A stretch of 36,201 nucleotides of DNA from an uncultured Bacilli bacterium (GTDB lineage: Bacteria > Bacillota_I > Bacilli_A > RF39 > UBA660). Of this stretch, positions 1-10,053 are shown one piece after another. Below the pieces are notes generated by a model. It was not told the DNA's origin. It was given only the letters and a program-made list of their open reading frames with translations, and made no database searches. Position numbers and translations under genes: made by a program. Within the stretch, counting starts at the first letter, position 1. The number at the start of each line of letters is the position of its first letter. The stretch spans positions 1 through 36,201 of the forward strand of contig CALVXT010000002.1 in NCBI GenBank assembly GCA_944371545.1. Reading direction: 5' to 3'.

Positions 1-1965
1 TTAACTCTTCAAAATTTAAAAAAAACATGCAAAAACTATCTAATATATATAATCTCTATTACTTTATCATTTTCCTTAATGTTTTCATTTAACCTAATAG
101 CCAATGCCAAAGACGTTATCGATTTATCTACTACTATGGAAAATTTTAAAGCGACCATGATCCTTGTTAATTGTATTATCTTATTCGTTCTAAGCTATTT
201 AATTAACTACACCATTAAATTTATGTTTCAAAAAAGAAGCAAAGAATTTGGAACCTATATGCTTCTTGGAATCGAAAAAAGACAAATAAGCAAGATGTTT
301 CTTTTAGAAAACTTACTAATGGGAATTATTGCCTTACTATTTTCCTTTTTCATCGGCTATATCTTTAGTCAAATTCTAAGTTTTATCATAATGAATATTT
401 TTGAACGCCCTTATAAAGTCATCTTAGCAAATGATCTAGGAATTCCCATTTTATATTCTATTATCTACTTTGCTATAATTTATTTTATTGTTCTTTTTTT
501 AACTCATCGTCGAATCAAAAAAACAACTATTCACAATCTTTTAAATTTAGAAAAGAAAAATGAAGAGAAAAAGACCCAAAAAAGAAAACATGGAACTTTA
601 AAATTTTTCTTATTTTTACTTTTAGGAATCATCTCTTTACTGATGATAAATCACGAGTTTATTGGCATTGGTATCGAACCATCTTTTGGAAAAATTGTCC
701 TAGCTTCCCTACTTCTTATCATTAGCATTTATGGAATAACATTTAACTTAGGCGATACTTTAATAAACTTTGTTTTAAAAAAGAATAAACGCAAATACAA
801 AAAAAATCATCTATTTATTGTCAGACAATTTACTTCAAAAATAAAAACTATGTCATTTACTCTATCAACTTTATCCTTATTAATTCTTTTAACATTTTTA
901 TCATTAAGTATTTCTAATTTAATGAATGCAATCCTAGAACATCAAATTGAAATGGTCGCACCTATGGATATTACAATTATTGATGATGAAGAAAATTTTT
1001 CAAAATATCTAGATGTCATTCACAAAAACTATACCATAGAAGAACAATTCATTTATCATAGTTATAATAATGATAACGATTCTATTTTTGATAAATTATC
1101 TGAAGAAGAAAAAAGTTGGAATGAAGACGATACAGTAATTCGATTAAGTGATTATAATAAATTAATGCAAATGCGTGGTAAAGAACCAATTAGTTTAGCT
1201 TCTAATGAATATGCCATAAATGTATCAACTGAGATGGAACAAGTTCTTTCTAATAAAAAAGAAGAAATTCGTAACATTACTTTACCAAATGAAGAAAAAC
1301 TAGAACTTAAAAATATATTTACAGAAAACTATTCTAGCATGTATTCACTAGGCTCAGGTTATCTCGTAATCGTACCAGATGAAAAAATCTACAATTTAGA
1401 AATAGAAGGTAGTTATTTAATTATAAATACCGTAGAAGAAACAAATGAGTTATTAGAAGATGAACTGATTAAAGCTGTGAATAACGAATTATGTGAAGAA
1501 GATGAAAATGGATATACATACTGCTATTCCGTTGCCAACATCTCTGTTAAAGGAAGCTATGAAAGTATGAATAAATCCACGACAACAATATTAAGTTTTG
1601 CATTATTTTACCTAGCATTTATTTTTACAACAGTAACAGGTGCTATTCTAGCAATTCAAACATTAAATGACGCGGAAAAATATAGATATCGTTTCCAAGT
1701 CTTATCAAAACTTGGAATGGAAGAAAAAGAACTCCATAAAAGTATATTTACAGAAACAAGTATTTTCTTTATCTTCCCAATTATTTATCCATTAATCACA
1801 AGTTTTATAATTAACTGTATCTTAAACAAACTGTTTAAACTTTTCTTACCAAGTAGTCATGCTTTCATCTCTATCTATTTATCCGGAATAAGTATTTTCT
1901 TAATTATTTATCTCATATATTATCTAGCTACCTATTTTGGAATCAAAAGAAACATAGAAGACTAG
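1..1965 (+). CDS. BceB-type (FtsX-family) ABC transporter permease; 5' end runs off the window
   Basis: Frame 1 is open from nt 1. LTLQNLKKTCKNYLIYIISITLSFSL precedes the first Met at 79 and looks like the usual N-terminus of this family. There are many TM segments and a large hydrophilic loop (roughly aa 290-510) between TM blocks. It is followed directly by an OmpR-type regulator and a small sensor kinase, which is the Bce-like layout. The ATPase partner would lie upstream of the window. Confidence 0.75.
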   Translation, partial: LTLQNLKKTCKNYLIYIISITLSFSLMFSFNLIANAKDVIDLSTTMENFKATMILVNCIILFVLSYLINYTIKFMFQKRSKEFGTYMLLGIEKRQISKMFLLENLLMGIIALLFSFFIGYIFSQILSFIIMNIFERPYKVILANDLGIPILYSIIYFAIIYFIVLFLTHRRIKKTTIHNLLNLEKKNEEKKTQKRKHGTLKFFLFLLLGIISLLMINHEFIGIGIEPSFGKIVLASLLLIISIYGITFNLGDTLINFVLKKNKRKYKKNHLFIVRQFTSKIKTMSFTLSTLSLLILLTFLSLSISNLMNAILEHQIEMVAPMDITIIDDEENFSKYLDVIHKNYTIEEQFIYHSYNNDNDSIFDKLSEEEKSWNEDDTVIRLSDYNKLMQMRGKEPISLASNEYAINVSTEMEQVLSNKKEEIRNITLPNEEKLELKNIFTENYSSMYSLGSGYLVIVPDEKIYNLEIEGSYLIINTVEETNELLEDELIKAVNNELCEEDENGYTYCYSVANISVKGSYESMNKSTTTILSFALFYLAFIFTTVTGAILAIQTLNDAEKYRYRFQVLSKLGMEEKELHKSIFTETSIFFIFPIIYPLITSFIINCILNKLFKLFLPSSHAFISIYLSGISIFLIIYLIYYLATYFGIKRNIED

Positions 1966-2011
1966 TCACATTCTAGTCTTTTCTGTATAATAAAAGAAAG
2001 GAGAATTTTTT

Positions 2012-2671
2012 ATGAATATAGCAATTATTGAAGATGACGAAAAAATAAGAGAAGAATTAGCTATTCTTTTAAAAAAAGAAAACTACACTCCTCATATAAT
2101 CACAAATTTTGAAAATATTTTGGAAGAAATCTTAAAAATACCATGTGATTTAATTCTTCTAGACATTAATCTTCCTTATGAAGATGGTTTTACCATTTGT
2201 GAAAAAATAAAAAAAGAAAAAGATATCCCCATTATTTTTGTAACTAGCAGATCAAAAGAAGAAGATGAACTAAAAAGTATTCGTTTAGGTGGAATAGATT
2301 TTTTAGCTAAACCTTATAAAAAACTCATTTTATTAGAGAAAATCAAACGAGCATTAAACATCACAAACCCAATTCATTACCAAGAAATAACAATCAATGA
2401 CGTTACTCTAAATCTACATTTATCTACAATAAAAAAAGAAAATACAGAAACAGAATTAACAAGAAATGAATTTCGTATCCTTTACTACTTCTATTTAAAA
2501 CCTCATGAACTTATTACCAAAGAAGATTTATTAGAGTCTTTATGGAATGATAAATATTATTTAGATGAAAATATTTTAAATGTTAGTATGAATCGCTTAC
2601 GAAAAAAATTAGAAGAAATCGGTGCTAAAGACTTTATCAAAACAAAACGTGGAGTTGGTTACTATATATGA
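2012..2671 (+). CDS. OmpR/PhoB-family response regulator (BceR-like)
   Basis: Receiver domain (IAIIEDDE..., LILLDINLP acidic pocket and phospho-acceptor region) plus a C-terminal winged helix (LTRNEFRILYYF ... RGVGYYI). RBS aaaggag lies upstream. The stop overlaps the next start (ATGA at 2668-2671). Confidence 0.85.
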   Translation: MNIAIIEDDEKIREELAILLKKENYTPHIITNFENILEEILKIPCDLILLDINLPYEDGFTICEKIKKEKDIPIIFVTSRSKEEDELKSIRLGGIDFLAKPYKKLILLEKIKRALNITNPIHYQEITINDVTLNLHLSTIKKENTETELTRNEFRILYYFYLKPHELITKEDLLESLWNDKYYLDENILNVSMNRLRKKLEEIGAKDFIKTKRGVGYYI

Positions 2672-3656
2672 ATATCTTTGAATTTTTAGAAAGTAAAATT
2701 ACAAATATTTTATATCATTGTACTTTTTTTCTTATTTTATATATTTTTTTTAGATTATGTAAAATTCCCTTAAATATCATTTTTTTAATCATGATTGCTA
2801 TTATTTTTTCATACATATTCACTTTATGGATAGAATATTTTTGTTTAAAAAGAAAGGCTCAAAAAATAATAAATCAAGTCGATGCCTTACAAGAAAAATA
2901 TTTAATTACTGAACTGTTAAAGAAACCAAAAAATTTAGAAAATCAAGCATATTACTATGCCCTTTTAAAAGCTACGAAAGCTATGAATGATAAAATAAGT
3001 GAACTAGAAAGTTCTAAAAAAGAATATGAAGAATATATAGAATCATTTGTTCATGAAATAAAAACACCTCTTGCCGCTATGTTATTAACAATTGACAATC
3101 AAAAAAATAAAGATTTGAAACCAGAAATAGATAAAATTGATGAGTTAACTGAACAAATTCTTTATTATGCAAGAAGTCAAAATCCTGAAAAAGACTATTT
3201 TATAAAAAAAGTACATTTAGAAGACGTTATTCATTCTTTAATTTTAAAAAATCAATTTTATTTACTTCAAAATAAAATTCAAGTTCATGTCTATAATGTA
3301 AAAACAGAAGTATACACAGATGAGAAATGGTTAAGCTTTATTCTCTCGCAAATTTTAAGTAATGCCATAAAATACAAAAAAATGAACACAGTCAAATCAA
3401 AATTTATACAACCAAAAATGAAAAAAATCTCAACTTAATCATTGAAGATAATGGAATTGGTATTAAAGAAAGTGAATTTCCCAGAGTATTTGAAAAAGGT
3501 TTCACTGGGAGTAATCGAACAAAAAAATATGCCACAGGTATGGGATTATATTTAGCTAAAAAGTTATCAGAAAGCTTAAACATTCATTTAAAAATCGAAT
3601 CAAAATATCAAGAATTTACAAAAGTTATTCTAGAATTTTCTCTTCAAAAAAAATAA
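2668..3656 (+). pseudogene. BceS-like intramembrane-sensing histidine kinase, interrupted by a -1 frameshift in an A7 run
   Basis: The N-terminal ORF (2668-3438) has two TM segments and an H-box (FVHEIKTPLAAM). It leaves the family pattern after NAIKYKK and stops at 3436-3438. A different frame continues with ...NEHSQIKIYTTKNEKNLNLIIEDNGIGIKESEFPRVFEKGFTGSNRTKKYATGMGLYLAKKL... (N, G1 and G2 ATP-binding boxes) to TAA at 3654-3656. One extra A in the A7 run at 3376-3382 would fuse both parts into a protein of about 329 aa. Confidence 0.8.
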
Positions 3657-3690
3657 TAACTTAACATATTATTTATGATATAATATAAAT

Positions 3691-3798
3691 GTCAAAGATA
3701 TTGACATAAAAAAGGGAATACTTAACATTCGCTGGTTGAGTACTCACCTTAAGGTTGATAAGTACTTAATTCATCACGAATTGAGTACTATTTTTTTA
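3691..3798 (+). ncRNA. Candidate antitoxin sRNA, copy 1 (ends approximate)
   Basis: Extended -10 TGaTATAAT at 3676-3684. A 5' hairpin gtcaa-agata-ttgac follows. An intrinsic terminator has stem agtacttaattc (3761-3772) / gaattgagtact (3778-3789) with loop atcac, then T7 at 3791-3797. There is no ORF. It is convergent with the 3' end of the minus-strand peptide gene and overlaps it. Confidence 0.5.
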
Positions 3799-3877
3799 TT
3801 AAAATTATCAATAAAGATAAAATCAATAACAGATTAGTTAAGAGTAAAAAGGTGATTAGTAAATCCTTTTTCTTCAT
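3788..3877 (-). CDS. 29-aa hydrophobic peptide MKKKDLLITFLLLTNLLLILSLLIILIKK, type I toxin-like, copy 1
   Basis: Hand translation gives ATG at 3877 and TAG at 3790-3788. SD gaaaggag lies upstream. Putative sigma-A promoter on the minus strand: TTGCAA (3962-3967), 17-nt spacer, TATATT (3939-3944). The peptide is a single TM helix flanked by Lys residues. It was missed by the ORF track because of its size. Confidence 0.55.
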   Translation of the reverse strand: MKKKDLLITFLLLTNLLLILSLLIILIKK

Positions 3878-4016
3878 AACTTCTCTTCTCCTTTCAAAAA
3901 GAAGATAAGTACTCATGTGTAAATATTCCCTCAAACAAAATATAACATATACCTTCTATAATTGCAAATAGCAAAAAAATAGAATAAAAACAAAGAATTT
4001 ATGGTATAATGAAATT

Positions 4017-4127
4017 GTCAAAAGAAATGACATAAAAAAGGGAATACTTAACATTCGCTGGTTGAGTACTCACCTTATATTTTAAGTGAAGTACTTAATT
4101 CATCACGAATTGAGTACTATTTTTTTA
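4017..4127 (+). ncRNA. Candidate antitoxin sRNA, copy 2 (ends approximate)
   Basis: Extended -10 TGgTATAAT at 4002-4010. The terminator is identical to copy 1: stem 4090-4101 / 4107-4118, then T7 at 4120-4126. Same architecture as copy 1. Confidence 0.5.
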
Positions 4128-4206
4128 TTAAAATTATCAATAAAGATAAAATCAATAACAGATTAGTTAAGAGTAAAAAGGTGATTAGTAAATCCTTTTT
4201 CTTCAT
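4117..4206 (-). CDS. 29-aa hydrophobic peptide, type I toxin-like, copy 2 (coding sequence identical to copy 1)
   Basis: ATG at 4206, TAG at 4119-4117. Minus-strand promoter: TTGAAA (4292-4297), 17-nt spacer, TATATT (4269-4274). Confidence 0.55.
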   Translation of the reverse strand: MKKKDLLITFLLLTNLLLILSLLIILIKK

Positions 4207-4317
4207 AACTTCTCTTCTCCTTTCAAAAAGAAGATAAGTACTCATGTGCTAAATATTCCCTTAAGCCAAATATAACATAAACAAACTAGGTTTTCAAATT
4301 TATAGAAAGGACATAAT

Positions 4318-4683
4318 ATGTTAGAAACAAATGAAATTTTAGAAAAATTAAGTAAATCAAAATTTAGAAATAGCTTTCACTTAAAAGATAAAGAAAAGAA
4401 TTATATCAAAGAAAAAGGAAAGGATACAATAGAAAGACATGCAAAAGATTTTATCTCAAAAAGACTAGCACCAGAAAATCCTTTAAATGATGGCAAACAA
4501 ACACCTATGAAAGGACATCCTGTTTTTATAGCTCAACATGCTACAGCAACATGTTGTCGAAGTTGTCTTTACAAATGGCATCACATTCCTAAAAATAAAG
4601 AATTAACGACCTCAGAACAAACCTATATCATAAATATAATTATGACTTGGATAAAAAAAGAATTAGCTCATAAAACAAGCTAA
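4318..4683 (+). CDS. DUF4186 domain protein
   Basis: The translation contains the block I associate with DUF4186: DGKQTPMKGHPVFIAQHATATCCRSCLYKWHHIPK. RBS aaagga lies upstream. A weak hairpin ttagct/agctaa plus a T-run sits at the 3' end. Confidence 0.6.
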   Translation: MLETNEILEKLSKSKFRNSFHLKDKEKNYIKEKGKDTIERHAKDFISKRLAPENPLNDGKQTPMKGHPVFIAQHATATCCRSCLYKWHHIPKNKELTTSEQTYIINIIMTWIKKELAHKTS

Positions 4684-4699
4684 TTCTTTTTGAATACTT

Positions 4700-6145
4700 T
4701 TATAAAATAATTGAGAAGAATGTTAATAAAATAACATTAATAATTGCAATAGTTAATACAACTTTAAATGCCCATTTAAACCAAGTTGAATATTCTACTT
4801 TAGCTAAAGCAAGTCCTCCCATAATTGCCCCACACGTTGGAGTAATTAAGTTTACAAGTCCATTAGCTGCTACCATAGTCATAACAGTCGTTTCTACACT
4901 ATAATTTAATTGAGTAGCTAAAGGTCCAATAATTGGAGCTGATAATGTTACTAAACCTGAAGATGATGGAACTAAAATAGATAGTACTACATGTAAAACA
5001 TAGTTAAGTGGTGTAAAGACAAATGCTGGGACATTTCGTAATAATTCGGCTGCATTATAAATGATGTAGTTATCTAAATGTGTAGTTTGCATTAATACTG
5101 ATGCTCCACGAGCAATTGCAATGATTAAAATAACTCCAACCATATCATCTGCACCATCTACAAATGTATCAACAAAACTTTTTTCTCCTGTATGATTTAT
5201 AATTCCAATTAATACAGCCATTATTAAGAACCATAAAGCTGCTTCGAAGAAATACCAACTTCCAAGTGGTGTTCCAGTTAACCATCCTGTAAATTTAGTA
5301 AAGAATGTAATTCCAAAGTCTTCCCATGGAATAAATCCAATGATCATAACTACAAATGTTAAAGCGAATAGCCATAAAGTAACTTTTTGATGAAAATTTA
5401 AATGAACAACTTTACTTTGAGCTTCTTCATCTTTAACTCCATATTCTTTCTCCATATTTTTTTGCTCTCTTAAAGAAAGAATTGTTGAGCCTTTTTTCTT
5501 AATAACTCTTTTAGCATACATCATAACAAAGAAAATAGAAATTGCTAAAGTTGTTAACCATAAAGCTACACCAATACCTATAATTAATCCTTGATTAACT
5601 ACTGTTCCTTCTGGTAAAGCACTAATTGCAGCTCCTACTGCAAATGGATTAATTGTTGAACCCAAAACTCCACTTCCAGCACCTAATAATACTATTGCTG
5701 AAGCTACAACTGTATCCATTCCTGCCATAACCATCGTAGCTGATAAAAGTGCGTAGAAACCAACGGTTTCTTCAAGCATACCATATGTTGTTCCTCCTAA
5801 AGAGAAGATAAACATTAAAATTGGAATTAAAACTAGCTCATGTCCTTTTAATTTTCTGACTAAAACTTGAATTCCTGTTTCTAATGCTTTTGTTCTTGCT
5901 ACTACAGCTAAGAATCCACCTAAAATTAAGACGAAAATTCCTACATCAATCGCATTTTCGAATCCTAAAATTGGAGCCATCAAAATATCTGATAAACTTG
6001 CTCCGACAACTCCACTACCATTAACAATTTCATCACCAACAAATTCGGCTTTTGGTAAAAAATGTGAAATTATACCGAGCACAAAAATTAAAATTAAAAT
6101 AATTGAGAATGAGGTTAAAAACCCCTTTTTCTTAGATTTTGCCAT
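4700..6145 (-). CDS. YfcC / DcuC-like anaerobic carrier family membrane transporter (probable basic amino-acid exchanger of the ADI operon)
   Basis: 481-aa polytopic membrane protein with a YfcC-like N-terminus. It is the last gene of the arcABC operon, in the position normally held by the arginine/ornithine antiporter. Confidence 0.65.
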   Translation of the reverse strand: MAKSKKKGFLTSFSIILILIFVLGIISHFLPKAEFVGDEIVNGSGVVGASLSDILMAPILGFENAIDVGIFVLILGGFLAVVARTKALETGIQVLVRKLKGHELVLIPILMFIFSLGGTTYGMLEETVGFYALLSATMVMAGMDTVVASAIVLLGAGSGVLGSTINPFAVGAAISALPEGTVVNQGLIIGIGVALWLTTLAISIFFVMMYAKRVIKKKGSTILSLREQKNMEKEYGVKDEEAQSKVVHLNFHQKVTLWLFALTFVVMIIGFIPWEDFGITFFTKFTGWLTGTPLGSWYFFEAALWFLIMAVLIGIINHTGEKSFVDTFVDGADDMVGVILIIAIARGASVLMQTTHLDNYIIYNAAELLRNVPAFVFTPLNYVLHVVLSILVPSSSGLVTLSAPIIGPLATQLNYSVETTVMTMVAANGLVNLITPTCGAIMGGLALAKVEYSTWFKWAFKVVLTIAIINVILLTFFSIIL

Positions 6146-6154
6146 TTTATCCTC

Positions 6155-7087
6155 CTATACAATCCAAGTACCTGTTTTACCTTTTAAAGCAGGTAACGCT
6201 TTTTCAAGCGATGTAATAATCGCGACTTTTTTTGTATTTTTTACAAACTCAACACATGCTTCTACTTTCGGCTTCATACTCCCTTCTTTAAACTCTTTAT
6301 TTTCCATATAGCTAAGAGCTTCTGATACGGTCATCTCATCAAGCTTTTTTTCATGATCTGTATTAAAGCCAATACAAACTTGATCAACTGCCGTTAAAAT
6401 CAAGAAAACATCAGCTTTAACATCCATTGCAAGTCTAGCGCTTGTTTTATCTTTATCGATGACTGCATCTACTCCAACTAAATGGTTCCACTTTTGGACA
6501 ACGGGAATACCACCGCCACCAGCTGCAACGACAATATGCCCTTTATGTAAAAGATCTTTTATTACACCTTTTTCAATAATTTTTAAAGGCTTTGGAGATG
6601 CTACTACACGTCTATATCCTCTTCCAGCATCTTCTTTCATTACCCAGCCATTTTCTTTTTCAAGTTCTTCTGCTTCTTCTTTTGAATAAAAGTTACCAAT
6701 TGGTTTAGTTGGATTTGAAAAAGCTTTATCCTTAGAATCGACTAAAACTTGGGTTACAATAGTTACGCAACTTTTAGCAATATTATTTTTATAAAGTTCT
6801 TGTTGAATGGCTTGTTGTAAATGATATCCAATATACCCTTGACTCATTGCTCCACATTCGGCAAAAGGAACCTCTGGAGTATCTTCATTTTCATGTGAAT
6901 ACTCTAGAGCCATATTTATCATTCCTACTTGCGGTCCGTTGCCGTGTGTTACAACTACTTGATACCCTTCATTAACCAAAGAAACAATACTTTTAGCTGC
7001 CTTTTTTACTAATTTAATCTGCTCTTCTGGAGTATTACCTAAGGCATTACCTCCTAAGGCAATAACTATTTTTTTCCCTTTATTCAT
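6155..7087 (-). CDS. arcC: Carbamate kinase
   Basis: 310 aa. Motifs [10 protein letters not shown] and THGNGPQVG. Overlaps arcB by 8 nt. Confidence 0.9.
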   Translation of the reverse strand: MNKGKKIVIALGGNALGNTPEEQIKLVKKAAKSIVSLVNEGYQVVVTHGNGPQVGMINMALEYSHENEDTPEVPFAECGAMSQGYIGYHLQQAIQQELYKNNIAKSCVTIVTQVLVDSKDKAFSNPTKPIGNFYSKEEAEELEKENGWVMKEDAGRGYRRVVASPKPLKIIEKGVIKDLLHKGHIVVAAGGGGIPVVQKWNHLVGVDAVIDKDKTSARLAMDVKADVFLILTAVDQVCIGFNTDHEKKLDEMTVSEALSYMENKEFKEGSMKPKVEACVEFVKNTKKVAIITSLEKALPALKGKTGTWIV

Positions 7088-8078
7088 CTTTTAAAGTTGC
7101 ATACATTACTGCTTTTATTGTATGTAGGCGGTTTTCTGCTTGATCCATAACTTTTGAAGAGCTAGAATTAAATACTTCATCTGTAACTTCCATTTCTGAA
7201 ATTCCAAATTTTTCGTAAATTTCTTTACCGATCTGTGTATTGGTATCATGAAATGAAGGAAGGCAATGTAAGAAAATAGCATTTTCTTTAGCATGACTCA
7301 TAATTTCTTTATTTACTTGATATGGTTTTAATAATTCAATTCTCTTTGCCCATAGCGAAGCATCTTCTCCCATTGAAACCCAAACGTCAGTATAAATAAC
7401 GTCAGCATTCGCGACTCCTTCTAATGCATTTTCTGTAAGTACAATTGTTGAGCCTTCTTTGCTTGCTATTTCTTTGCATGTTTCTACTAAAGCTTCAGGT
7501 GGAAATAATTCCTTTGGAGCACAGCATGCAAAATGGATTCCTAATTTTGCACATACCACCATTAAAGAACATGCCACATTGTTACGTGCATCCCCTAAAA
7601 ATACTAATTTTCTGCCGTGTAAATCTCCAAAATTTTCCTCAACAGTTAGCATATCAGCAAGCATCTGAGTTGGATGAAATTCGTTTGTTAATCCATTCCA
7701 AACTGGAACAGAAGAGTTTTTAGCAAGTTCTTCTACAACAGTTTGTTCAAACCCACGATACTCAATTCCATCGTACATTCTAGATAAAACTTGAGCAGTG
7801 TCTGCAATACTTTCTTTTTTTCCCATTTGTGAACCTGTAGGGCCTAAATAAGTAACGCCCATACCTAAATCCATTGCTCCAACTTCAAATGCACAGCGAG
7901 TTCTTGTAGAATCTTTTTCAAAAAGCAAAACTACATTTTTTCCTTTTAAGTACTCATGTGATTCATGATTTTTTTTCTTTTCTTTTAAGACTTTTGCTAA
8001 TCCTAAAAGATATAGAATTTCTTCTTTCGAATAATCTAATAGTTTTAAAAAATCTCTTCCACTTAAATTTATATCCAT
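7080..8078 (-). CDS. arcB: Ornithine carbamoyltransferase (catabolic context)
   Basis: 332 aa. Motifs [17 protein letters not shown] and HCLPSFH. Confidence 0.9.
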   Translation of the reverse strand: MDINLSGRDFLKLLDYSKEEILYLLGLAKVLKEKKKNHESHEYLKGKNVVLLFEKDSTRTRCAFEVGAMDLGMGVTYLGPTGSQMGKKESIADTAQVLSRMYDGIEYRGFEQTVVEELAKNSSVPVWNGLTNEFHPTQMLADMLTVEENFGDLHGRKLVFLGDARNNVACSLMVVCAKLGIHFACCAPKELFPPEALVETCKEIASKEGSTIVLTENALEGVANADVIYTDVWVSMGEDASLWAKRIELLKPYQVNKEIMSHAKENAIFLHCLPSFHDTNTQIGKEIYEKFGISEMEVTDEVFNSSSSKVMDQAENRLHTIKAVMYATLKDE

Positions 8079-8079
8079 T

Positions 8080-9318
8080 TTAATCTTCTCTTTCTAATGG
8101 CATACTCATACATCTAGGGCCACCACGTCCACGAGATAACTCTGCTCCGTGAAGCTCTAAAACAACAAGTCCCGCTTCTCTTAAAACTTGGTTAGTAACT
8201 TCATTACGGTCATAAACAACTACAACACCTGGTGCAATACATAAAGTATTTGAACCATCATTCCATTGTTCACGTTCACTACCAACTTTATCTCCTCCAG
8301 CACATGGAATTAAAGTAACAGGAACTCCTAAATAATGTTCCAAAATATTTCCTAAAGAATCATTAATTTCACGAACATTTAAATCTTCTTCACTACTTGG
8401 ATCATTGCCTTCAGTAATTTCAAAAACTTGTAAAGTATCTAAAATACCAGGATGATATGTAAAAATATTGCGATCAATTTGTGTAAATACTGTATCCAAA
8501 TGCATGAAAGCTCTTGAATTTGGAATATTAAAAGCTAAAACAGTATCAATTTTACATTTTTTATCTTTAAATAAATTCTTAGCAATTTGGTCAATTGCTT
8601 CAGCGCGTGTACGTTGAGAAATACCAATAGCTAAAGTATGTTCATTTAAATTTAAAATATCTCCACCTTCAATATGATAATCATAAGTACGATTATAATA
8701 TTTTGGAACATCTTTATATTCTGGATGATATGTAAAAATATACTCAGCATATATAGTTTCTCTATTTCTTGTAACGGAATACATTCTATTTAAAGAAATA
8801 CCATTTCCAATACTTGCAAAATTATCTCGAGTAAAATACAAATTTGGCATTGGGTCAGCTAAGAAATTTGTTTCATCAGTAACTAAATCAACTAAAGATT
8901 TTTCTGTTTCTCTTTTACGACGATTAATTTCTTTTACCTGAATTCCCTCCATGGTTTTTAAAACAAGTTCTTTTGTATCTTTAAAACTCATTAAATATTC
9001 AAAAACCAAATCTTTGTATTTTGGAGTACAAATACCAGCTTCTTCAATAAATTGTCTTAAGAATTTTTCTTTAATTTCTTGACTAATATTTAAAACATCA
9101 GTCATTAAATCTTCCAAGTAAACAACTTCAACGCCGTTACTTTTTAAAATTCTTGCAAATTCATCATGTTCATCTTGAGCATCCTTTAAATAAGGAATAT
9201 CATCAAAAAGTAAATCATGAAGAGTGTCCGGTGTCAAATTTAAAAGTTCATTACCTGGACGGTGTAATAAAACTTTTTTTAGTGGCTTAATTTCACTAGT
9301 TACATGAATAGCATTCAT
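8080..9318 (-). CDS. arcA: Arginine deiminase
   Basis: 412 aa. ADI-family length, with the C-terminal catalytic Cys block [12 protein letters not shown]. Confidence 0.9.
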   Translation of the reverse strand: MNAIHVTSEIKPLKKVLLHRPGNELLNLTPDTLHDLLFDDIPYLKDAQDEHDEFARILKSNGVEVVYLEDLMTDVLNISQEIKEKFLRQFIEEAGICTPKYKDLVFEYLMSFKDTKELVLKTMEGIQVKEINRRKRETEKSLVDLVTDETNFLADPMPNLYFTRDNFASIGNGISLNRMYSVTRNRETIYAEYIFTYHPEYKDVPKYYNRTYDYHIEGGDILNLNEHTLAIGISQRTRAEAIDQIAKNLFKDKKCKIDTVLAFNIPNSRAFMHLDTVFTQIDRNIFTYHPGILDTLQVFEITEGNDPSSEEDLNVREINDSLGNILEHYLGVPVTLIPCAGGDKVGSEREQWNDGSNTLCIAPGVVVVYDRNEVTNQVLREAGLVVLELHGAELSRGRGGPRCMSMPLERED

Positions 9319-9336
9319 TTATATCCCTCTTTCCTT

Positions 9337-10053
9337 CTAATGTTTTATTTTTCCCAAAAAAACTTTCAACCGCTCCGACTTCGGATGATTGAAAATTTCT
9401 AAAGGAGTTCCCTCTTCTAAAATTTTTCCTTCATCCATAAAAATCACTCGGGTTGCAAATTCTTTAGCAAAATTTAATTCATGAGTTACAACAACCATCG
9501 TCATTCCCTCTCTTGCAACATCCATCATCAAATTTAAAACTTCATCTATCATCTCCGCATCTAAAGCACTAGTCGGTTCATCAAACAAAATGATATCTGG
9601 ATGCATCATTAATGTTCTAATAATCGCGACTCGTTGCCTCTGTCCTCCAGATAAAGAGGAAGGATAAACCTCACTTTTATCTTCGAGATGAATTTGACTT
9701 AAATATTTTTTAGCATTTTCATTAATAGTTTTCTCATCTTCTATTTTTCTTGATAATGGAGCAATCGTTATATTTTCCCAAACAGTTAAATTTTCAAATA
9801 AATTGAAACTTTGAAAAACCATTCCTACTTTATGTCTCATTCGTTTAAATTCATTTTTAGTAATATCTTTATCTTCAAAAAAAATCTTACCTTGAAAACT
9901 TTCTAACCCATTTAAACATCTTAAGAATGTAGATTTTCCACTACCACTTGGACCAATAATAACAACTCTTTCTCCTTTAGAAATTTCTAAAGAGATATTT
10001 TTCAAAATTTTATTTTTTCCAAAAGATTTAGATAATTTTTCTATTTTATACAT
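9337..10053 (-). CDS. Polar amino-acid ABC transporter ATP-binding protein
   Basis: Walker [10 protein letters not shown], signature LSGGQRQR, Walker [12 protein letters not shown]. The start overlaps the end of the permease gene. Confidence 0.9.
   Translation of the reverse strand: MYKIEKLSKSFGKNKILKNISLEISKGERVVIIGPSGSGKSTFLRCLNGLESFQGKIFFEDKDITKNEFKRMRHKVGMVFQSFNLFENLTVWENITIAPLSRKIEDEKTINENAKKYLSQIHLEDKSEVYPSSLSGGQRQRVAIIRTLMMHPDIILFDEPTSALDAEMIDEVLNLMMDVAREGMTMVVVTHELNFAKEFATRVIFMDEGKILEEGTPLEIFNHPKSERLKVFLGKIKH

Larger units (their letters stand above)
3676..4297. repeat. Tandem duplication (period about 326-330 bp) of a small toxin-ORF / convergent sRNA cassette
   Basis: 3703-3750 matches 4029-4076, and 3761-3919 matches 4090-4248; both look identical by eye. 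The copies differ only in a short internal segment (3751-3760 aaggttgata versus 4077-4089 atattttaagtga), a 1-nt indel near 3920/4249, and the outer promoter-proximal flanks. Confidence 0.9.

Noticed and set aside
3436-3438. Treating the stop at 3436-3438 as the genuine end of a short 256-aa kinase.
   Set aside because: The ATP-binding half of the kinase is plainly encoded in another frame directly downstream. The last roughly 20 residues of the short ORF do not resemble the family.
6459-6689. Short ORFs antisense to or nested inside long genes. Listed in the ORF track at 6459-6689, 7445-7723, 7459-7668, 11160-11363, 12274-12492, 12570-12794, 13407-13637, 15228-15416, 17464-17646, 18102-18314, 18339-18560, 20034-20222, 20494-20676, 20562-20750, 20979-21191, 21336-21695, 21640-21849, 22999-23193, 23202-23390, 25727-25915, 28825-29106, 31197-31391, 31580-31771, 33427-33612 and 34852-35040.
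   Set aside because: Each lies wholly or largely within a much longer ORF that has clear family motifs. Their translations are low-complexity (Ser/Phe/Leu/Ile-rich mirror images of Lys/Glu/Asn-rich coding strands), and I saw no RBS for any of them.
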